DNA of 64,000 nucleotides from an uncultured delta proteobacterium. GTDB taxonomy: Bacteria; Desulfobacterota; WTBG01. Location of the stretch: contig CAWCBP010000001.1 of the NCBI GenBank assembly GCA_963793865.1, positions 928,001 through 992,000 of the forward strand. The letters are read 5' to 3'. The notes beneath the pieces are model-generated. The model made no database searches. It saw only the letters and a list, made by a program, of their open reading frames with translations, and had not been told where the DNA came from. The position numbers and the translations under genes were made by a program. Within the stretch, counting starts at the first letter, position 1; the number at the start of each line of letters is the position of its first letter. Shown one piece after another: positions 10,553 through 21,887 of this stretch.

Positions 10553-11040
10553 AAGGGACCTGCTGGAAATACGGCGCTGATATCAATACCGATCTTATCA
10601 TAGCCGGACGCTACCTGAACACCACGGATCCGAAAATACTGGCGGGCCACTGCATGGAGGACCTTGATCCGCATTTCGCGGCCGGGGTTAAGCCGGGCGA
10701 TATCATCCTTGCGGACAAAAACTTCGGCTGCGGCAGCTCGCGCGAGCACGCACCCCTGGCATTGAAGGCCGCCGGAATCACCTGCGTGGTCGCCAGGAGC
10801 TTCGCCCGCATTTTTTACCGCAACGCCTTTAATCTCGGCCTGCCGGTCCTTGTCTGTCCGGAGGCCTATGAAAACAGCCACACCGGGGATGAGCTGGAGA
10901 TATCCCTGGAGAAGGGCACTATCAGCAACCTGACCAGGGGCACCACCTTCAGTGCAGAGCCCATACCTGAATTCATGCGGGAAATCATCAGCCGCGGCGG
11001 ATTGATGCAATATGTCGCCTCAACCCGTGAAAAGGGATAA
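10549..11040 (+). CDS. leuD: 3-isopropylmalate dehydratase small subunit
   Basis: DINTDLII, NFGCGSSREHA, SFARIFYRNA. Confidence 0.95.
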   Translation: MKGTCWKYGADINTDLIIAGRYLNTTDPKILAGHCMEDLDPHFAAGVKPGDIILADKNFGCGSSREHAPLALKAAGITCVVARSFARIFYRNAFNLGLPVLVCPEAYENSHTGDELEISLEKGTISNLTRGTTFSAEPIPEFMREIISRGGLMQYVASTREKG

Positions 11041-11073
11041 CCGTCATAAGCAAAAGGAATCGGGAGCGAAGCA

Positions 11074-12129
11074 ATGTACACCATAGCAGTCGTACCGGGA
11101 GACGGCACAGGCCCGGAGGTAATTAATGAAGGGCTTAAGGTGCTGAAGGTCCTGGCGCACAAGACGCATTTCACCTATCAGACGGTACACTACAATTTCG
11201 GCGGTGAGCACTACAAAAAAACAGGGGAAACGCTGCCGGATTCGGCACTGCAGGAATTCAGGCAGGCTTCTGCCATTTATCTCGGTGCCATAGGTCATCC
11301 CGACGTGAAGCCGGGAATACTGGAGAAGGAAATTTTGCTCAAAATCCGCTTTGAGCTGGACCAGTACATAAATTTGCGGCCGGTTAAACTCTATCCCCAT
11401 GTAGACACACCGCTCAAGGATAAAGGGCCTGCAGATATAGATTTTACGGTAATCAGGGAGAATACCGAGGGTCTGTACGTGGGCAGCGGGGGATTTTTAA
11501 AAAAGGGAACGCCGGATGAAATAGCCATCCAGGAATCCATCAATACCCGGAAGGGGGTGGAGCGCTGCATCAGATATGCATATGAATTGTGCAGCAAACG
11601 CGCTAAAAACAACAAGCTCACCCTCTGCGGCAAAACCAACGTTCTCACCTATGCCCATGACCTCTGGCAGAGGGTTTTTGATGAGGTGGGCCGGGAGTTC
11701 CCGAAGATTACCACCAACTATGCCAACGTGGATGCCATCTGCATGTGGATGGTTAAGAATCCGGAGTGGTTTGACGTCATTGTAACCGACAACATGTTCG
11801 GCGATATCATAACCGACCTTGGCGCCATGATTCAAGGCGGCATGGGCATTGCCGCGGGAGGGAACATTAACCCCCATGGCACCTCCATGTTTGAACCGAT
11901 CGGCGGATCCGCTCCCAAGTACACCGGCAAAAACATGGTCAATCCTCTTGCCGCCATCTCCGCCTGCCAGCTAATGCTCGAGCATCTCGGGGAAGGGGAT
12001 GCGGCTGACATACTTGAGCGCGCCATTATCAAGGCATTGTCAAAAATGAAAAGCCTTTCCGCCGGGAAAATGGGTTACACTACTTCAGGGGTTGGTGATC
12101 TTGTCGTTGCGGCAATAGAGGAGCAGTAA
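11074..12129 (+). CDS. leuB: 3-isopropylmalate dehydrogenase
   Basis: [28 protein letters not shown]; position after leuCD. Confidence 0.88.
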   Translation: MYTIAVVPGDGTGPEVINEGLKVLKVLAHKTHFTYQTVHYNFGGEHYKKTGETLPDSALQEFRQASAIYLGAIGHPDVKPGILEKEILLKIRFELDQYINLRPVKLYPHVDTPLKDKGPADIDFTVIRENTEGLYVGSGGFLKKGTPDEIAIQESINTRKGVERCIRYAYELCSKRAKNNKLTLCGKTNVLTYAHDLWQRVFDEVGREFPKITTNYANVDAICMWMVKNPEWFDVIVTDNMFGDIITDLGAMIQGGMGIAAGGNINPHGTSMFEPIGGSAPKYTGKNMVNPLAAISACQLMLEHLGEGDAADILERAIIKALSKMKSLSAGKMGYTTSGVGDLVVAAIEEQ

Positions 12130-12247
12130 GGTACCGCCGTTCTCGCCTCCGGTTCCCTTCGTTTTGACATCACGTGCTGATTGCAGGTTCTTGAGTGCCA
12201 TGCTCAATTGATATGTGAGCCTAATTATGCATCTGGCTGAATAATAA

Positions 12248-13147
12248 GTGAAAACATCGATCATATTCAACCCTGTTGCAGGCGCGCGGAAAGGGAAGAA
12301 ATTAGCCGAGGCAGTCAGGGTATTTAAAGCCCAGGGCATAAGGCCCGTCATACGGGAAACACAAAAGAGGGGGGATGCCGGCACATTTGCAAAAGAGGAG
12401 GTCGTCCGGGGGAGCGAAATTATCGTAGCTGCGGGAGGGGACGGTACCATCAATGAAGTAGCCAATGGCCTCATCGGGACCGGGGCCAGGCTTGGCATCC
12501 TGCCCATGGGGCTGGCAAATGTTCTCGCCCTCGAAATGAACATTCCTGAGAAACCGGAATCAGCGGTTAATGTCATCCTCAGCGGAACTCCGCAGCTGAT
12601 CAATCCGGGATACGTGGTGCTGACCGGTTCCGATAGCGACAAGCAGATAAAGAGATATTTCATGCTCATGGCCGGAATCGGTTTTGACGGAGGTGTCATG
12701 CATGATATATGCCGGTCTCACATTGAACGCTGGGGCAAGACCGCCTATATCATAGCCGGCATGCGCGCAATTGCACGGTATACCGGCCGCCTGTTTAGCA
12801 TCCGTATGGATGGGCAGAAAGAGATAGACGCATACAGTGCCGTTGTGGGGAAATCCCGCTTTTACGGCGGCAGGTTTATGGTAACGCCCCGGGCATCTCT
12901 TAAAGATGAGTGTTTGGACGTGTGTGCTTTTACAGGTAAAGGTGCGTTCAGCATGCTCAAGCAGGCCTGTGCCATACTGATCGGCGGCAATCCTGGCAAA
13001 ACCGGCGCTTATTATGAAAAGACGCGCGAACTGGAAATAACCTCGGAAGGCACAGTCTACGTACAGGTGGACGGCGATTTTCTGGGAAGTCTTCCTGCCC
13101 GGCTTGGCGTGCACAATGGCGCGATGACTGTCATGGTACCCGCATAA
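12248..13147 (+). CDS. diacylglycerol kinase family lipid kinase (YegS/BmrU-like)
   Basis: IFNPVAG, AGGDGTINEV, LPMGLANVLA, QVDGD. Confidence 0.9.
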   Translation: MKTSIIFNPVAGARKGKKLAEAVRVFKAQGIRPVIRETQKRGDAGTFAKEEVVRGSEIIVAAGGDGTINEVANGLIGTGARLGILPMGLANVLALEMNIPEKPESAVNVILSGTPQLINPGYVVLTGSDSDKQIKRYFMLMAGIGFDGGVMHDICRSHIERWGKTAYIIAGMRAIARYTGRLFSIRMDGQKEIDAYSAVVGKSRFYGGRFMVTPRASLKDECLDVCAFTGKGAFSMLKQACAILIGGNPGKTGAYYEKTRELEITSEGTVYVQVDGDFLGSLPARLGVHNGAMTVMVPA

Positions 13148-13211
13148 ACCATGCAGGCAGATGATAGAAAACAAGGCAACTGACAGCACCAACCGAAGAA
13201 AGGAGTGAATT

Positions 13212-13652
13212 ATGAAGCTGCCGGAATACATCACCGCCGAAGAAGTGAGAAGGGTTTGCAAGGCTGCAGGGCTGCGCGACTGGACACGTTTGCAGAAACC
13301 CACGGTTACCATCGGAGAGGCAAGGAAAATACTGGGCATGGTGAACACCACCCGCATGCCCATCGATCCCGAGGAATTCAGGGCCGGGCTTGATGTTGAG
13401 CTTGAGCACGGAACCAGGTTTCCCGATGCCAATGTCACCAACAATCACCCCATTCTCACCGGGAAAATCGTATTGGCGCACTTGAAGGAATCGCTCGATT
13501 ATTACAAGCTGCTTGAAGTCGCTGAGCTTGAAGGAGACCTTCTCAAGGCCGTTGCCAGGGGAGACAGCGTAAAAACAAAGGCAGTGTACAAAAAGCTTGC
13601 CGGGGCAAAGATAATACTGAGCAAGGCGGAAGAAAAGAGGGTAGGGCGGTAA
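13212..13652 (+). CDS. DUF5661-like conserved hypothetical protein
   Basis: GLDVELEHG...TGKIVLAHLKE..DYY pattern; strong RBS AAGGAG upstream. Confidence 0.75.
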   Translation: MKLPEYITAEEVRRVCKAAGLRDWTRLQKPTVTIGEARKILGMVNTTRMPIDPEEFRAGLDVELEHGTRFPDANVTNNHPILTGKIVLAHLKESLDYYKLLEVAELEGDLLKAVARGDSVKTKAVYKKLAGAKIILSKAEEKRVGR

Positions 13653-13684
13653 ATTCCTCCATAACAGGAATAAGGAGGTATGCG

Positions 13685-15373
13685 ATGAGAAAGAAAAACC
13701 TGTTTTTAGACATCTGCTGCGCTATGGTGATTTTTTTGGCATATGCTCCTGTTAATGCCGCGGATTGGGACAAGGACGGCATTGACGACTCTCTTGACAA
13801 CTGTTTGAGCGTGGTCAATCCGGACCAGGCTGATGACGATACGGATAATTTTGGTAATGTTTGTGATTATTGCCCCGGAAATGGACAATATAATCTGGAT
13901 GGAGACGGGCTGTGCGACGGAGATGATAACTGCTATTCCGTTTCCAACGCCGGCCAGGAGGACGGCGATGGCGACGGGTATGGTGACGTGTGCGCAGAAA
14001 ACATACCATCCTATTACCCGGTTGAAACATTCCGGGGCAGCTATGAGGAAATAGGAAGAAAAGTAGCCACAAAGCACCCTGACACCATTATTTATGTGGC
14101 GGACATTTTTTCACTTCTGGGAGTGACGCCGCAGGTTGCGCAGCGCCGGTATGATGAAATCAGCGAGGTCATGCCCCAAAGCATAAAAGATCACATGAAG
14201 GGGATGGCAGAAGGCCTTCAGCAAGCCCGATCCATTGAGAAACAAAGGGCATGGGAAATGGTTTTGGTCGCGGCCTTCGCCATAGATGTTCTAAATATCC
14301 CGGATGATCCGGCCGCCGCCGGCAATGCTGCGGGATGTACCGCGTTTGCCGTTTCGTCACCGGCGGGAACATTTTTGACTCATAATACCGACAACCAGAA
14401 GTCAACAGAGCATAACGGCTCCATAATGCGTATTGTCCCGAACAACGGGGACAATTCTTATATTCACTTTTTTGCGCCGGCCTTTGTGGATGTGGGGCTC
14501 GGGCTCAATGACCAGGGGATCGGAATAACCTATAATGTCGGCCGGCCCAATAACAATCCTCTCAACGGATTGCCCCCGCTTTTCATGGTTCGCCAGGTTA
14601 TGGAAAAGGCCTCATCGCTTCAGGAGGCCGTAGCCTATTTCACTGATTTTCTGGATGACGGTAATTCATATGGGTACGGCGGCGCCATCTTTTTGCTGGT
14701 GGATTTCAAGGATTCCGCGATGGCGAAAATTCAAATCAAGTCTGATGATTATAAAGTAACCTACGGCGAGCAGCTTAAACCGGGCGTTACCTACATTGCT
14801 TCGACCAATCACTTCGATGAAGATTTCGCCGCCCTGACGCCTGAAGAAAAAGCCACCAGTTCCAACAGATCATCACTTGCACGGTGGGAGCGTCTCATGG
14901 AACTGCTGTCGCAACATGACACCTATGATCTTGATACCTGCTTTGCAATCTTAACCGATCACGGAGACGGGGAACCGGGCCCGGACACCATCTGCAGAGA
15001 CAGCGGGACGCCATTTGGTACGGCTACAACACTCACCAATATTTTTACTGCCGATGCCATTTATTATACAGCGGGAAGGCCTGACCGATACTTGGAAGTG
15101 TATGGTGTGCCGGTTAGGATTGATCTGAAGCCGCGACCGCTGTGCCCGGCGGAAGAACTCTACGGAGAAAATTCGTCAGAGGTAATGCTGCTCAAGCGCT
15201 TTCGTGACTCGGTGCTTGCATCCCTGCCGGAGGGTAAGGAATTCATACAGCTGTATTATCGCCTCAGTCCCGATGTGGTTGATGCCATAAAATACGATGC
15301 GTCCATCAGGTTTTCAATGAAAACCTTTCTTGACCAATTGTTGCCGATAATAAAGTTTGTGACCGAGGTATGA
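13685..15373 (+). CDS. secreted protein: thrombospondin type-3 Ca-binding repeats, C45/Ntn-hydrolase domain and CFI-box-CTERM-like C-terminal domain
   Basis: Signal peptide ending VNA; DxDGxxDxxDNC repeats; GCTAF nucleophile with HNTD and TNHF; tail CPAEELYGENSSEVMLLKRFRDSVL..G..FI.LYY.SP. Confidence 0.8.
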   Translation: MRKKNLFLDICCAMVIFLAYAPVNAADWDKDGIDDSLDNCLSVVNPDQADDDTDNFGNVCDYCPGNGQYNLDGDGLCDGDDNCYSVSNAGQEDGDGDGYGDVCAENIPSYYPVETFRGSYEEIGRKVATKHPDTIIYVADIFSLLGVTPQVAQRRYDEISEVMPQSIKDHMKGMAEGLQQARSIEKQRAWEMVLVAAFAIDVLNIPDDPAAAGNAAGCTAFAVSSPAGTFLTHNTDNQKSTEHNGSIMRIVPNNGDNSYIHFFAPAFVDVGLGLNDQGIGITYNVGRPNNNPLNGLPPLFMVRQVMEKASSLQEAVAYFTDFLDDGNSYGYGGAIFLLVDFKDSAMAKIQIKSDDYKVTYGEQLKPGVTYIASTNHFDEDFAALTPEEKATSSNRSSLARWERLMELLSQHDTYDLDTCFAILTDHGDGEPGPDTICRDSGTPFGTATTLTNIFTADAIYYTAGRPDRYLEVYGVPVRIDLKPRPLCPAEELYGENSSEVMLLKRFRDSVLASLPEGKEFIQLYYRLSPDVVDAIKYDASIRFSMKTFLDQLLPIIKFVTEV

Positions 15374-15855
15374 ATCTCAACCGGCAAAACATGCCGAATC
15401 AACTGGTTGAAGCATTGCAAGCGCTGGTCAGGCTTGAACTGGCTGTCGGGGAACTTTACAAGGCCTGCTCCGTGCAATGGCCGGATGACGGCCGGTTCTG
15501 GCTTGAGGTGGCACGGCAGGAAATGGATCATGCCCATGCAATAGAGCGCATGCTGGCGATTATTGCGCTTAATCCGGGCAATTTTGCGCCGCTTAAAGCC
15601 ATTCGGGTAAATGCGGTAGACACCATCGTTTCCGGGATTGAAAGCAGGACTGAACAGGTTCGGTCGGGCCAGCTTTCCAATAACAATGCCCTGCACATTG
15701 CCGTGGACCTTGAAAATTCGATCATGGAAAATAAGTTTTATGCAGCGGTACAAACGACTGATCCTGCATTCCTCAAGATATGCAGCGAGATTATGGCACA
15801 GACGAAGGATCATAAGTTTCAATTTGAAAATAGGATTGCCGCACTCAAAACTTGA
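15370..15855 (+). CDS. ferritin-like (rubrerythrin-family) four-helix protein
   Basis: LELAVGELY...QEMDH...LENSIMENKFY...QTKDH repeated helix-pair pattern. Confidence 0.65.
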   Translation: MNLNRQNMPNQLVEALQALVRLELAVGELYKACSVQWPDDGRFWLEVARQEMDHAHAIERMLAIIALNPGNFAPLKAIRVNAVDTIVSGIESRTEQVRSGQLSNNNALHIAVDLENSIMENKFYAAVQTTDPAFLKICSEIMAQTKDHKFQFENRIAALKT

Positions 15856-15891
15856 CAAAAGCCGTGCCTTTTGATTTTTAAGCCTGCATGT

Positions 15892-17388
15892 ATGTGTAAA
15901 GCCAGAACCTTTTATCCCTCACTTGAAACATTTAAAGAAATGGCGCTTACGGGAACCATTATTCCGGTATATTCCGAGATACTGGCTGATATGGATACCC
16001 CTGTTTCCGCTTATAAAAAGATGGGGGCGAATGCGTACTCATTCCTTTTGGAAAGTATCGAGGGTGGAGAAAAATGGGCCCGCTACAGCTTTATCGGCTT
16101 CGACCCGGCCCTCATATTCCGCAGCAAGGGGAATACCGTCCGGCTGATCAAAAATGGTTCGGTTATACGAACGGTGGAAAGCGCATACCCGCTCGATGTA
16201 TTGAAGGAACTGATGCAGGATTACCGCCCGGTGGAGGTTCCCGGGTTGCCCCGGTTTATTGGCGGTGCGGTCGGCTATCTGAGCTATGATGCCGTGCGTT
16301 TTATAGAACGGCTGCCCTGCCGGACAGCGGATGATTTGCATTTGGACGATGCCGTCTTTATGATTACGGAAACGATTCTCATTTTCGATACGCTCGGCAA
16401 CACCATAAAAATCGTCTGCAATGCCCACGTGGACAAAAAGGCCTCCGCAGAAAAAGTGTATGCCCGTGCAAAAGACAAAATCGAAAAGATCATTGCCCGC
16501 CTCCGGAGGCCCACTGCGCCGGCACACTCGGAATCATACGGTAGTGAACCGGTTTCGGTCTCCTCGAACATGGACTCCGGTGCCTTTATGTCCATCGTGA
16601 GCAAGGCAAAAGAGTACATCGCCGCGGGGGAGGTAATACAGGTGGTTTTGTCCCAGCGATTTCAGGCCCGGCTGGAGGGCGACAGCTTCAATCTCTACCG
16701 GGCAATCCGGCGAATCAACCCCTCTCCCTACATGTATTACCTCGCGCTGGATGATGTCACTATCGTCGGCGCGTCACCTGAAGTGCTGGTGCGGGTTGAG
16801 GGCAATCAGATTGAGCTGCGGCCCATTGCCGGAACCCGGCCGAGAGGAAAGACAGAAGATGAAGACGCCTTCTATGTTAAAGACCTGCTGAGTGATCCGA
16901 AAGAAATAGCCGAGCATGTGATGCTGGTGGACCTGGGGAGAAATGATGTGGGCAGGGTATCGACAATGGGCAGCGTTGTGGTCCCGGAGTTTTTGACCGT
17001 CGAGAAATACTCCCATGTGATGCATATTGTGTCCGATGTGCGCGGCACCCTCCAGCCGGGCAAGAACAGCTTTGATGTTTTAAAAGCCTGTTTTCCCGCG
17101 GGAACGGTGTCGGGTGCGCCCAAAGTGCGGGCCATGGAAATTATTGAAGAGCTCGAACCGTCTGCAAGGGGCCCTTATGCGGGTGCGGTCGGCTATTTCA
17201 GCTTTTCCGGAAACATGGACTTCTGCATTGTCATCAGGACCCTGCTGATTACGGACGGCGCGGTCTATTTCCAGGCAGGGGCGGGCATCGTCGCCGACTC
17301 CCAGCCTGAAAATGAGCTCCGCGAGACAATCAACAAGGCCCGGGCGCTGGTAAAGGCCTTGCAAATGGTCAAAGAGGGTATCGACTAG
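15892..17388 (+). CDS. trpE: anthranilate synthase component I
   Basis: [55 protein letters not shown]. Confidence 0.96.
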   Translation: MCKARTFYPSLETFKEMALTGTIIPVYSEILADMDTPVSAYKKMGANAYSFLLESIEGGEKWARYSFIGFDPALIFRSKGNTVRLIKNGSVIRTVESAYPLDVLKELMQDYRPVEVPGLPRFIGGAVGYLSYDAVRFIERLPCRTADDLHLDDAVFMITETILIFDTLGNTIKIVCNAHVDKKASAEKVYARAKDKIEKIIARLRRPTAPAHSESYGSEPVSVSSNMDSGAFMSIVSKAKEYIAAGEVIQVVLSQRFQARLEGDSFNLYRAIRRINPSPYMYYLALDDVTIVGASPEVLVRVEGNQIELRPIAGTRPRGKTEDEDAFYVKDLLSDPKEIAEHVMLVDLGRNDVGRVSTMGSVVVPEFLTVEKYSHVMHIVSDVRGTLQPGKNSFDVLKACFPAGTVSGAPKVRAMEIIEELEPSARGPYAGAVGYFSFSGNMDFCIVIRTLLITDGAVYFQAGAGIVADSQPENELRETINKARALVKALQMVKEGID

Positions 17389-17390
17389 CC

Positions 17391-17972
17391 ATGCTGCTCA
17401 TGATTGATAATTATGATTCCTTTACCTATAATCTGGTGCAGTATTTCGGTGAGCTGGGCGAAACCATAGAGGTGTTTCGCAACGATGCAATCAGTATAGC
17501 TGAAATTGAAAAGCTAAATCCCGAGTGCTTGATCATCTCCCCCGGTCCCGGAAGGCCTGTCAATGCCGGTATATCACTGGAGGCCATACGGCATTTCAGG
17601 GCAATGATGCCCATTCTGGGCGTATGCCTCGGCCACCAGTGCATCGGCGAGGCCTTCGGAGGTTCCATCGTTTCAGCCCCGCGCCTGATGCACGGCAAAA
17701 CCTCGCCTATCCACCACCACCGGCAGGGACTTTTTGAAGGTCTTTCCAACCCCTTCGAGGCCACGCGCTATCATTCCCTGGTCATTGACAGGCAATCTCT
17801 GCCTGAATGCCTGATCATAAGCGCCTGGACGGCAGAGCAGGAAATTATGGGCGTCAGCCATCGGGACTACCCGGTTTATGGCGTTCAATTTCATCCTGAA
17901 TCCATCTTGACCCGGGAAGGGAAATTACTCTTGACCAATTTTTTACGCCTGGCGCGGAAGGATGCTCATTGA
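17391..17972 (+). CDS. trpG: anthranilate synthase component II (glutamine amidotransferase)
   Basis: [24 protein letters not shown]. Confidence 0.95.
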   Translation: MLLMIDNYDSFTYNLVQYFGELGETIEVFRNDAISIAEIEKLNPECLIISPGPGRPVNAGISLEAIRHFRAMMPILGVCLGHQCIGEAFGGSIVSAPRLMHGKTSPIHHHRQGLFEGLSNPFEATRYHSLVIDRQSLPECLIISAWTAEQEIMGVSHRDYPVYGVQFHPESILTREGKLLLTNFLRLARKDAH

Positions 17973-18988
17973 TCACGGCGGCCATTGCCAAATTGATCAG
18001 TAAGACTGATTTAACCGACGCGGAGATGGCCGGTGCCATATCATCGATCATGACCGGCGGAATATCAGCTGCTCAGATGGCCGCGTTTCTGGTGGCCATG
18101 AGGATGAAAGGTGAGACGGTCGAGGAGCTAACCGCCGCCGCACGAGTGATGCGGACAATGGCGCAGCGGCTGTGTGTATCGCCCGGTGATGATGAGGTGC
18201 TGCTCGACACCTGCGGCACGGGAGGGGATGGCAAGCAGACCTTTAATATTTCAACCATCGCCTGCTTTGTCATTGCCGCGGTCGGGGTGAAGGTGGCAAA
18301 GCACGGCAATCGATCCGTCAGCAGTTCCTGCGGAAGCGCAGATCTCATGCAGGCACTGGGGGTTAACATAGAAATGCCACCGGCACGGGTCCGGGAATGT
18401 ATTCGCCGGGTGGGCATCGGCTTCTTATATGCCCCCGTGTTCCACAGTGCCATGAAGCATGCCGCTCCCGTAAGGAAGGAAATAGGCGTTAGAACCATTT
18501 TTAATCTGCTGGGCCCTCTCACTAATCCGGCAATGGCGCAGGCCCAACTGGTGGGTGTGTTTGATCACCGGCTGACCGAACCATTTGCCGGCGTACTCCG
18601 GAACCTGGGCTGTGCTCATGCCCTTATTGTCCACGGCAGCGACGGGCTGGATGAAATTACCATTACCGGCGAATCCCGGATAACAGAACTGATCCGCCGG
18701 GAGGTGAAAACCTATTCTATAAATCCCCGCTCACTGGGAATGGAACTGGGCCGGCCCTCCGAGCTCACGAGCCGGGGCATCAGAGATAATGTTGCCATTT
18801 GCCATGAAATTCTGGACGGCACCAGGGGTGCCAGGCGTCATGTGGTCCTGCTCAACAGCGCCGCAGGTCTGATAGCTGCGGGCAAGGCATCTGACTTCGG
18901 CCAGGGGATCGGGATGGCCGCTGAAGCGATTGACAGCGGCAGGGCAAAGGCGGTTCTGGACGGGCTTATCAGCTTTACCAACGGATAG
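17969..18988 (+). CDS. trpD: anthranilate phosphoribosyltransferase
   Basis: [24 protein letters not shown]. Confidence 0.96.
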   Translation: MITAAIAKLISKTDLTDAEMAGAISSIMTGGISAAQMAAFLVAMRMKGETVEELTAAARVMRTMAQRLCVSPGDDEVLLDTCGTGGDGKQTFNISTIACFVIAAVGVKVAKHGNRSVSSSCGSADLMQALGVNIEMPPARVRECIRRVGIGFLYAPVFHSAMKHAAPVRKEIGVRTIFNLLGPLTNPAMAQAQLVGVFDHRLTEPFAGVLRNLGCAHALIVHGSDGLDEITITGESRITELIRREVKTYSINPRSLGMELGRPSELTSRGIRDNVAICHEILDGTRGARRHVVLLNSAAGLIAAGKASDFGQGIGMAAEAIDSGRAKAVLDGLISFTNG

Positions 18989-18994
18989 CGCTGC

Positions 18995-19792
18995 ATGATC
19001 CTGGATGATATCATCTCCAACAAGAGAAGCGAGCTTGCTCACTGGCTGGAGGATCGGCCGCTGGCAATGCTCATGAGCGAGGCAGCCTCGGCACCATCGC
19101 CTAAGGATTTCAGGCAGTCCCTGCTGCAAACGGATCCTTCAGGCGGCCAGCGCTTCAGAATTATCGCCGAAGTTAAAAAGGCGTCTCCCTCCAGGGGTGT
19201 CATTCGCGAGGACTTTGACCCGGTAGCAATCGCCAAAACCTATGAAGCGGGCGGGGCCGCTGCCGTTTCCGTGCTTACCGATAAGCTGTTTTTCCAGGGC
19301 GGCATTGAGTATCTCAGTCAGATACGGGCGGCAACGACCGTTCCTCTGCTGATGAAGGATTTTGTCATCGATCCCTACCAGATCTACCTGGCCAGGAGCT
19401 GCGGCGCTGACGCGGTGCTGCTTATTGCGGCGCTGCTCGATGCGGACCGGCTATCGGAGTTTCTCCATATTGCGCAGACGCTGGGGATGTGCGCGCTGGT
19501 TGAGGTCCACTCCGAGGACGAGCTGGCAAAGGCGCTTGCCGCCGAGGCGCAGATTGTCGGTATTAACAACCGGGACTTAAGAACATTCAAGGTCGCGGCG
19601 GAAACAACCCGGCGCCTCGCGCCGCTGGTCGGCCCCGGAAAAATCGTGGTAAGTGAAAGCGGTATCGACTCACGGGAAATCATGCTTTCCCTTGCGCACG
19701 CGGGCGTCCACGCCTTTTTGATCGGCGAAGCGCTCATGCGGGCAAAGGATATCGGGAAGGCATTGCGATCATTTACGAACCCAAAAGGATAA
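18995..19792 (+). CDS. trpC: indole-3-glycerol phosphate synthase
   Basis: [30 protein letters not shown]. Confidence 0.96.
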   Translation: MILDDIISNKRSELAHWLEDRPLAMLMSEAASAPSPKDFRQSLLQTDPSGGQRFRIIAEVKKASPSRGVIREDFDPVAIAKTYEAGGAAAVSVLTDKLFFQGGIEYLSQIRAATTVPLLMKDFVIDPYQIYLARSCGADAVLLIAALLDADRLSEFLHIAQTLGMCALVEVHSEDELAKALAAEAQIVGINNRDLRTFKVAAETTRRLAPLVGPGKIVVSESGIDSREIMLSLAHAGVHAFLIGEALMRAKDIGKALRSFTNPKG

Positions 19793-19796
19793 AGGA

Positions 19797-20993
19797 ATGA
19801 ACCTACCGGATCGGACAGGGCATTTCGGCATATATGGCGGACGCTATGTATCTGAAACACTGATGCCCGCGCTGCTTGAGCTCACGGATGCATATAACAC
19901 GGTCAAGCGGGACCGCTCCTTCAAAAAGGAGCTTGATTACTATCTCAGACAGTACGGGGGAAGGGAAACGCCACTCTATTATGCCGAGCGTTTCAGCAGG
20001 CAGCTCGGCGGCGCCAGGATTTATCTGAAGCGGGAGGACCTTAACCATACCGGGGCTCACAAAATTAACAATACCATTGGCCAGATCCTTTTGGCGCGGA
20101 GGATGGGAAAGACGAGAATCATTGCCGAGACCGGGGCAGGGCAGCATGGCGTTGCAACGGCAACCGTGGCGGCGCTTTTCGGCTTTGCGTGCGTTATTTA
20201 CATGGGCGAGGAGGACATTAAGCGGCAGGCGTCAAATGTGTTGCGCATGAAACTGCTGGGGGCCGAGGTCAGGCCCGTATCCTCGGGCAGCAGGACACTC
20301 AAAGATGCCATGAACGAGGCCCTGCGCGACTGGATAACCAATGTGCGCACCACCTTCTACATCATCGGCTCCGTCGCCGGTCCCCATCCGTATCCGCAGA
20401 TGGTTCGCGATTTTCAGAAGGTGATTGGAGAAGAGACCAAAAAGCAGCTCTTTGCCCAGGAGGGACGGCTGCCCGATTATGTTGTGGCCTGCGTCGGAGG
20501 AGGAAGCAACGCCATCGGCATATTCTATCCCTTTCTCAACCACAGGCAGGTGCATCTGATCGGCGTCGAAGCGGCAGGGGAGGGCATAGCCAGCGGCCGG
20601 CACGCCGCGGCCATCTGCGCCGGCAGCGTGGGGGTTCTGCACGGAAATAAGAACTATCTCCTGCAGGACCGCCATGGACAGATACAGCCTGCCCACTCCA
20701 TTGCCGCCGGCCTGGACTATCCCGGTGTCGGTCCCGAGCACTGCTACCTCCGGGACACGAAACGGGTACAATACGTTTCCGTGAATGACAGGGAGGCGCT
20801 CAAGGGTTTTTACACGCTTTGCCATACCGAAGGCATCATTCCGGCGCTTGAAAGCGCTCACGCGCTTGCCTACGCCATGAAACTGTCGCCGCGGCTGCGG
20901 AAAAAAGACCTCCTGGTAATCAATCTTTCCGGAAGGGGAGATAAGGACCTGCACATAGTTGCGGATATTCTGGACAAGGGGAAGAAAAAATAG
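19797..20993 (+). CDS. trpB: tryptophan synthase beta chain
   Basis: [34 protein letters not shown]. Confidence 0.98.
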   Translation: MNLPDRTGHFGIYGGRYVSETLMPALLELTDAYNTVKRDRSFKKELDYYLRQYGGRETPLYYAERFSRQLGGARIYLKREDLNHTGAHKINNTIGQILLARRMGKTRIIAETGAGQHGVATATVAALFGFACVIYMGEEDIKRQASNVLRMKLLGAEVRPVSSGSRTLKDAMNEALRDWITNVRTTFYIIGSVAGPHPYPQMVRDFQKVIGEETKKQLFAQEGRLPDYVVACVGGGSNAIGIFYPFLNHRQVHLIGVEAAGEGIASGRHAAAICAGSVGVLHGNKNYLLQDRHGQIQPAHSIAAGLDYPGVGPEHCYLRDTKRVQYVSVNDREALKGFYTLCHTEGIIPALESAHALAYAMKLSPRLRKKDLLVINLSGRGDKDLHIVADILDKGKKK

Positions 20994-21055
20994 GTGTGCA
21001 TCATCCGGCAACCCTCCGCTCAACCTTCGTAACCCACAGGACATCAGGATCTCTC

Positions 21056-21850
21056 ATGAGCAGAATCAGCGCAACCTTTGAACGCCTGCGACAGAAGAAG
21101 GAAAAGGCCCTCATCCCTTTTATTACGGCAGGATACCCTGACCTCACCACCACCCGGCGGCTTATTTTCCAATTTGAGCAATGCGGGGCGGATCTGCTGG
21201 AACTCGGAGTGCCGTTTTCTGATCCGATGGCCGACGGACCGGTTATTCAGCACGCATCGGAAATAGCCCTGGCACGGGGAACATCGCTCGAGCGTATCCT
21301 GGGATTGGTGAAGACGGTCAGGAGGAAGAGCTCCATTCCCGTTATACTGATGGGATACTACAACCCCTTCTTCAAATTCGGGCTGAAAGCATTCACCCGG
21401 GCCGCAAAAGACGCGGGTGTGGACGGTCTCCTGATTGTTGACCTGCCGCCGGAAGAGGCAGTGGAAATGAAAATGCACACGGATCGTGCCGGGCTGGATC
21501 TTATTTTTTTGCTCGCGCCCACAAGCGGCCCGGAGCGGATTAACAGCATCGTCAAGCATGCCTCAGGATTCATTTACTATGTTTCGCTGACCGGCGTGAC
21601 CGGTGTCAGGTCCACGCTGGACCGCACCATCAGTAACCAGCTGAAAACCATCAGAAAGAAATCACCCCTTCCCATAGGGGTCGGCTTCGGCATATCCACT
21701 CCGGAGCACGCAAAAACGGTCGCCCAATGGGCTGATGCGGTGGTGGTGGGAAGCGCGCTGATTAAAATTATTTCCGGGAGCACATCAAAAGCCGGAGCGG
21801 TTCAAAATGCCGGCCGCTTCATCCGCGCGCTCAAGACGGCAATACGATAA
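21056..21850 (+). CDS. trpA: tryptophan synthase alpha chain
   Basis: ELGVPFSDPMADGPVIQ, YYVSLTGVTG, VGFGIS; ATG 21056 chosen over the upstream GTG. Confidence 0.97.
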   Translation: MSRISATFERLRQKKEKALIPFITAGYPDLTTTRRLIFQFEQCGADLLELGVPFSDPMADGPVIQHASEIALARGTSLERILGLVKTVRRKSSIPVILMGYYNPFFKFGLKAFTRAAKDAGVDGLLIVDLPPEEAVEMKMHTDRAGLDLIFLLAPTSGPERINSIVKHASGFIYYVSLTGVTGVRSTLDRTISNQLKTIRKKSPLPIGVGFGISTPEHAKTVAQWADAVVVGSALIKIISGSTSKAGAVQNAGRFIRALKTAIR

Positions 21851-21887
21851 AACCGCCTTATAATGGCGTACCGAACGCATCCTTTTT

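Noticed and set aside
15852..15891. trp promoter or attenuator
   Set aside because: TTGACA is present but there is no well-spaced -10, no Trp-rich leader peptide and no room for an attenuator
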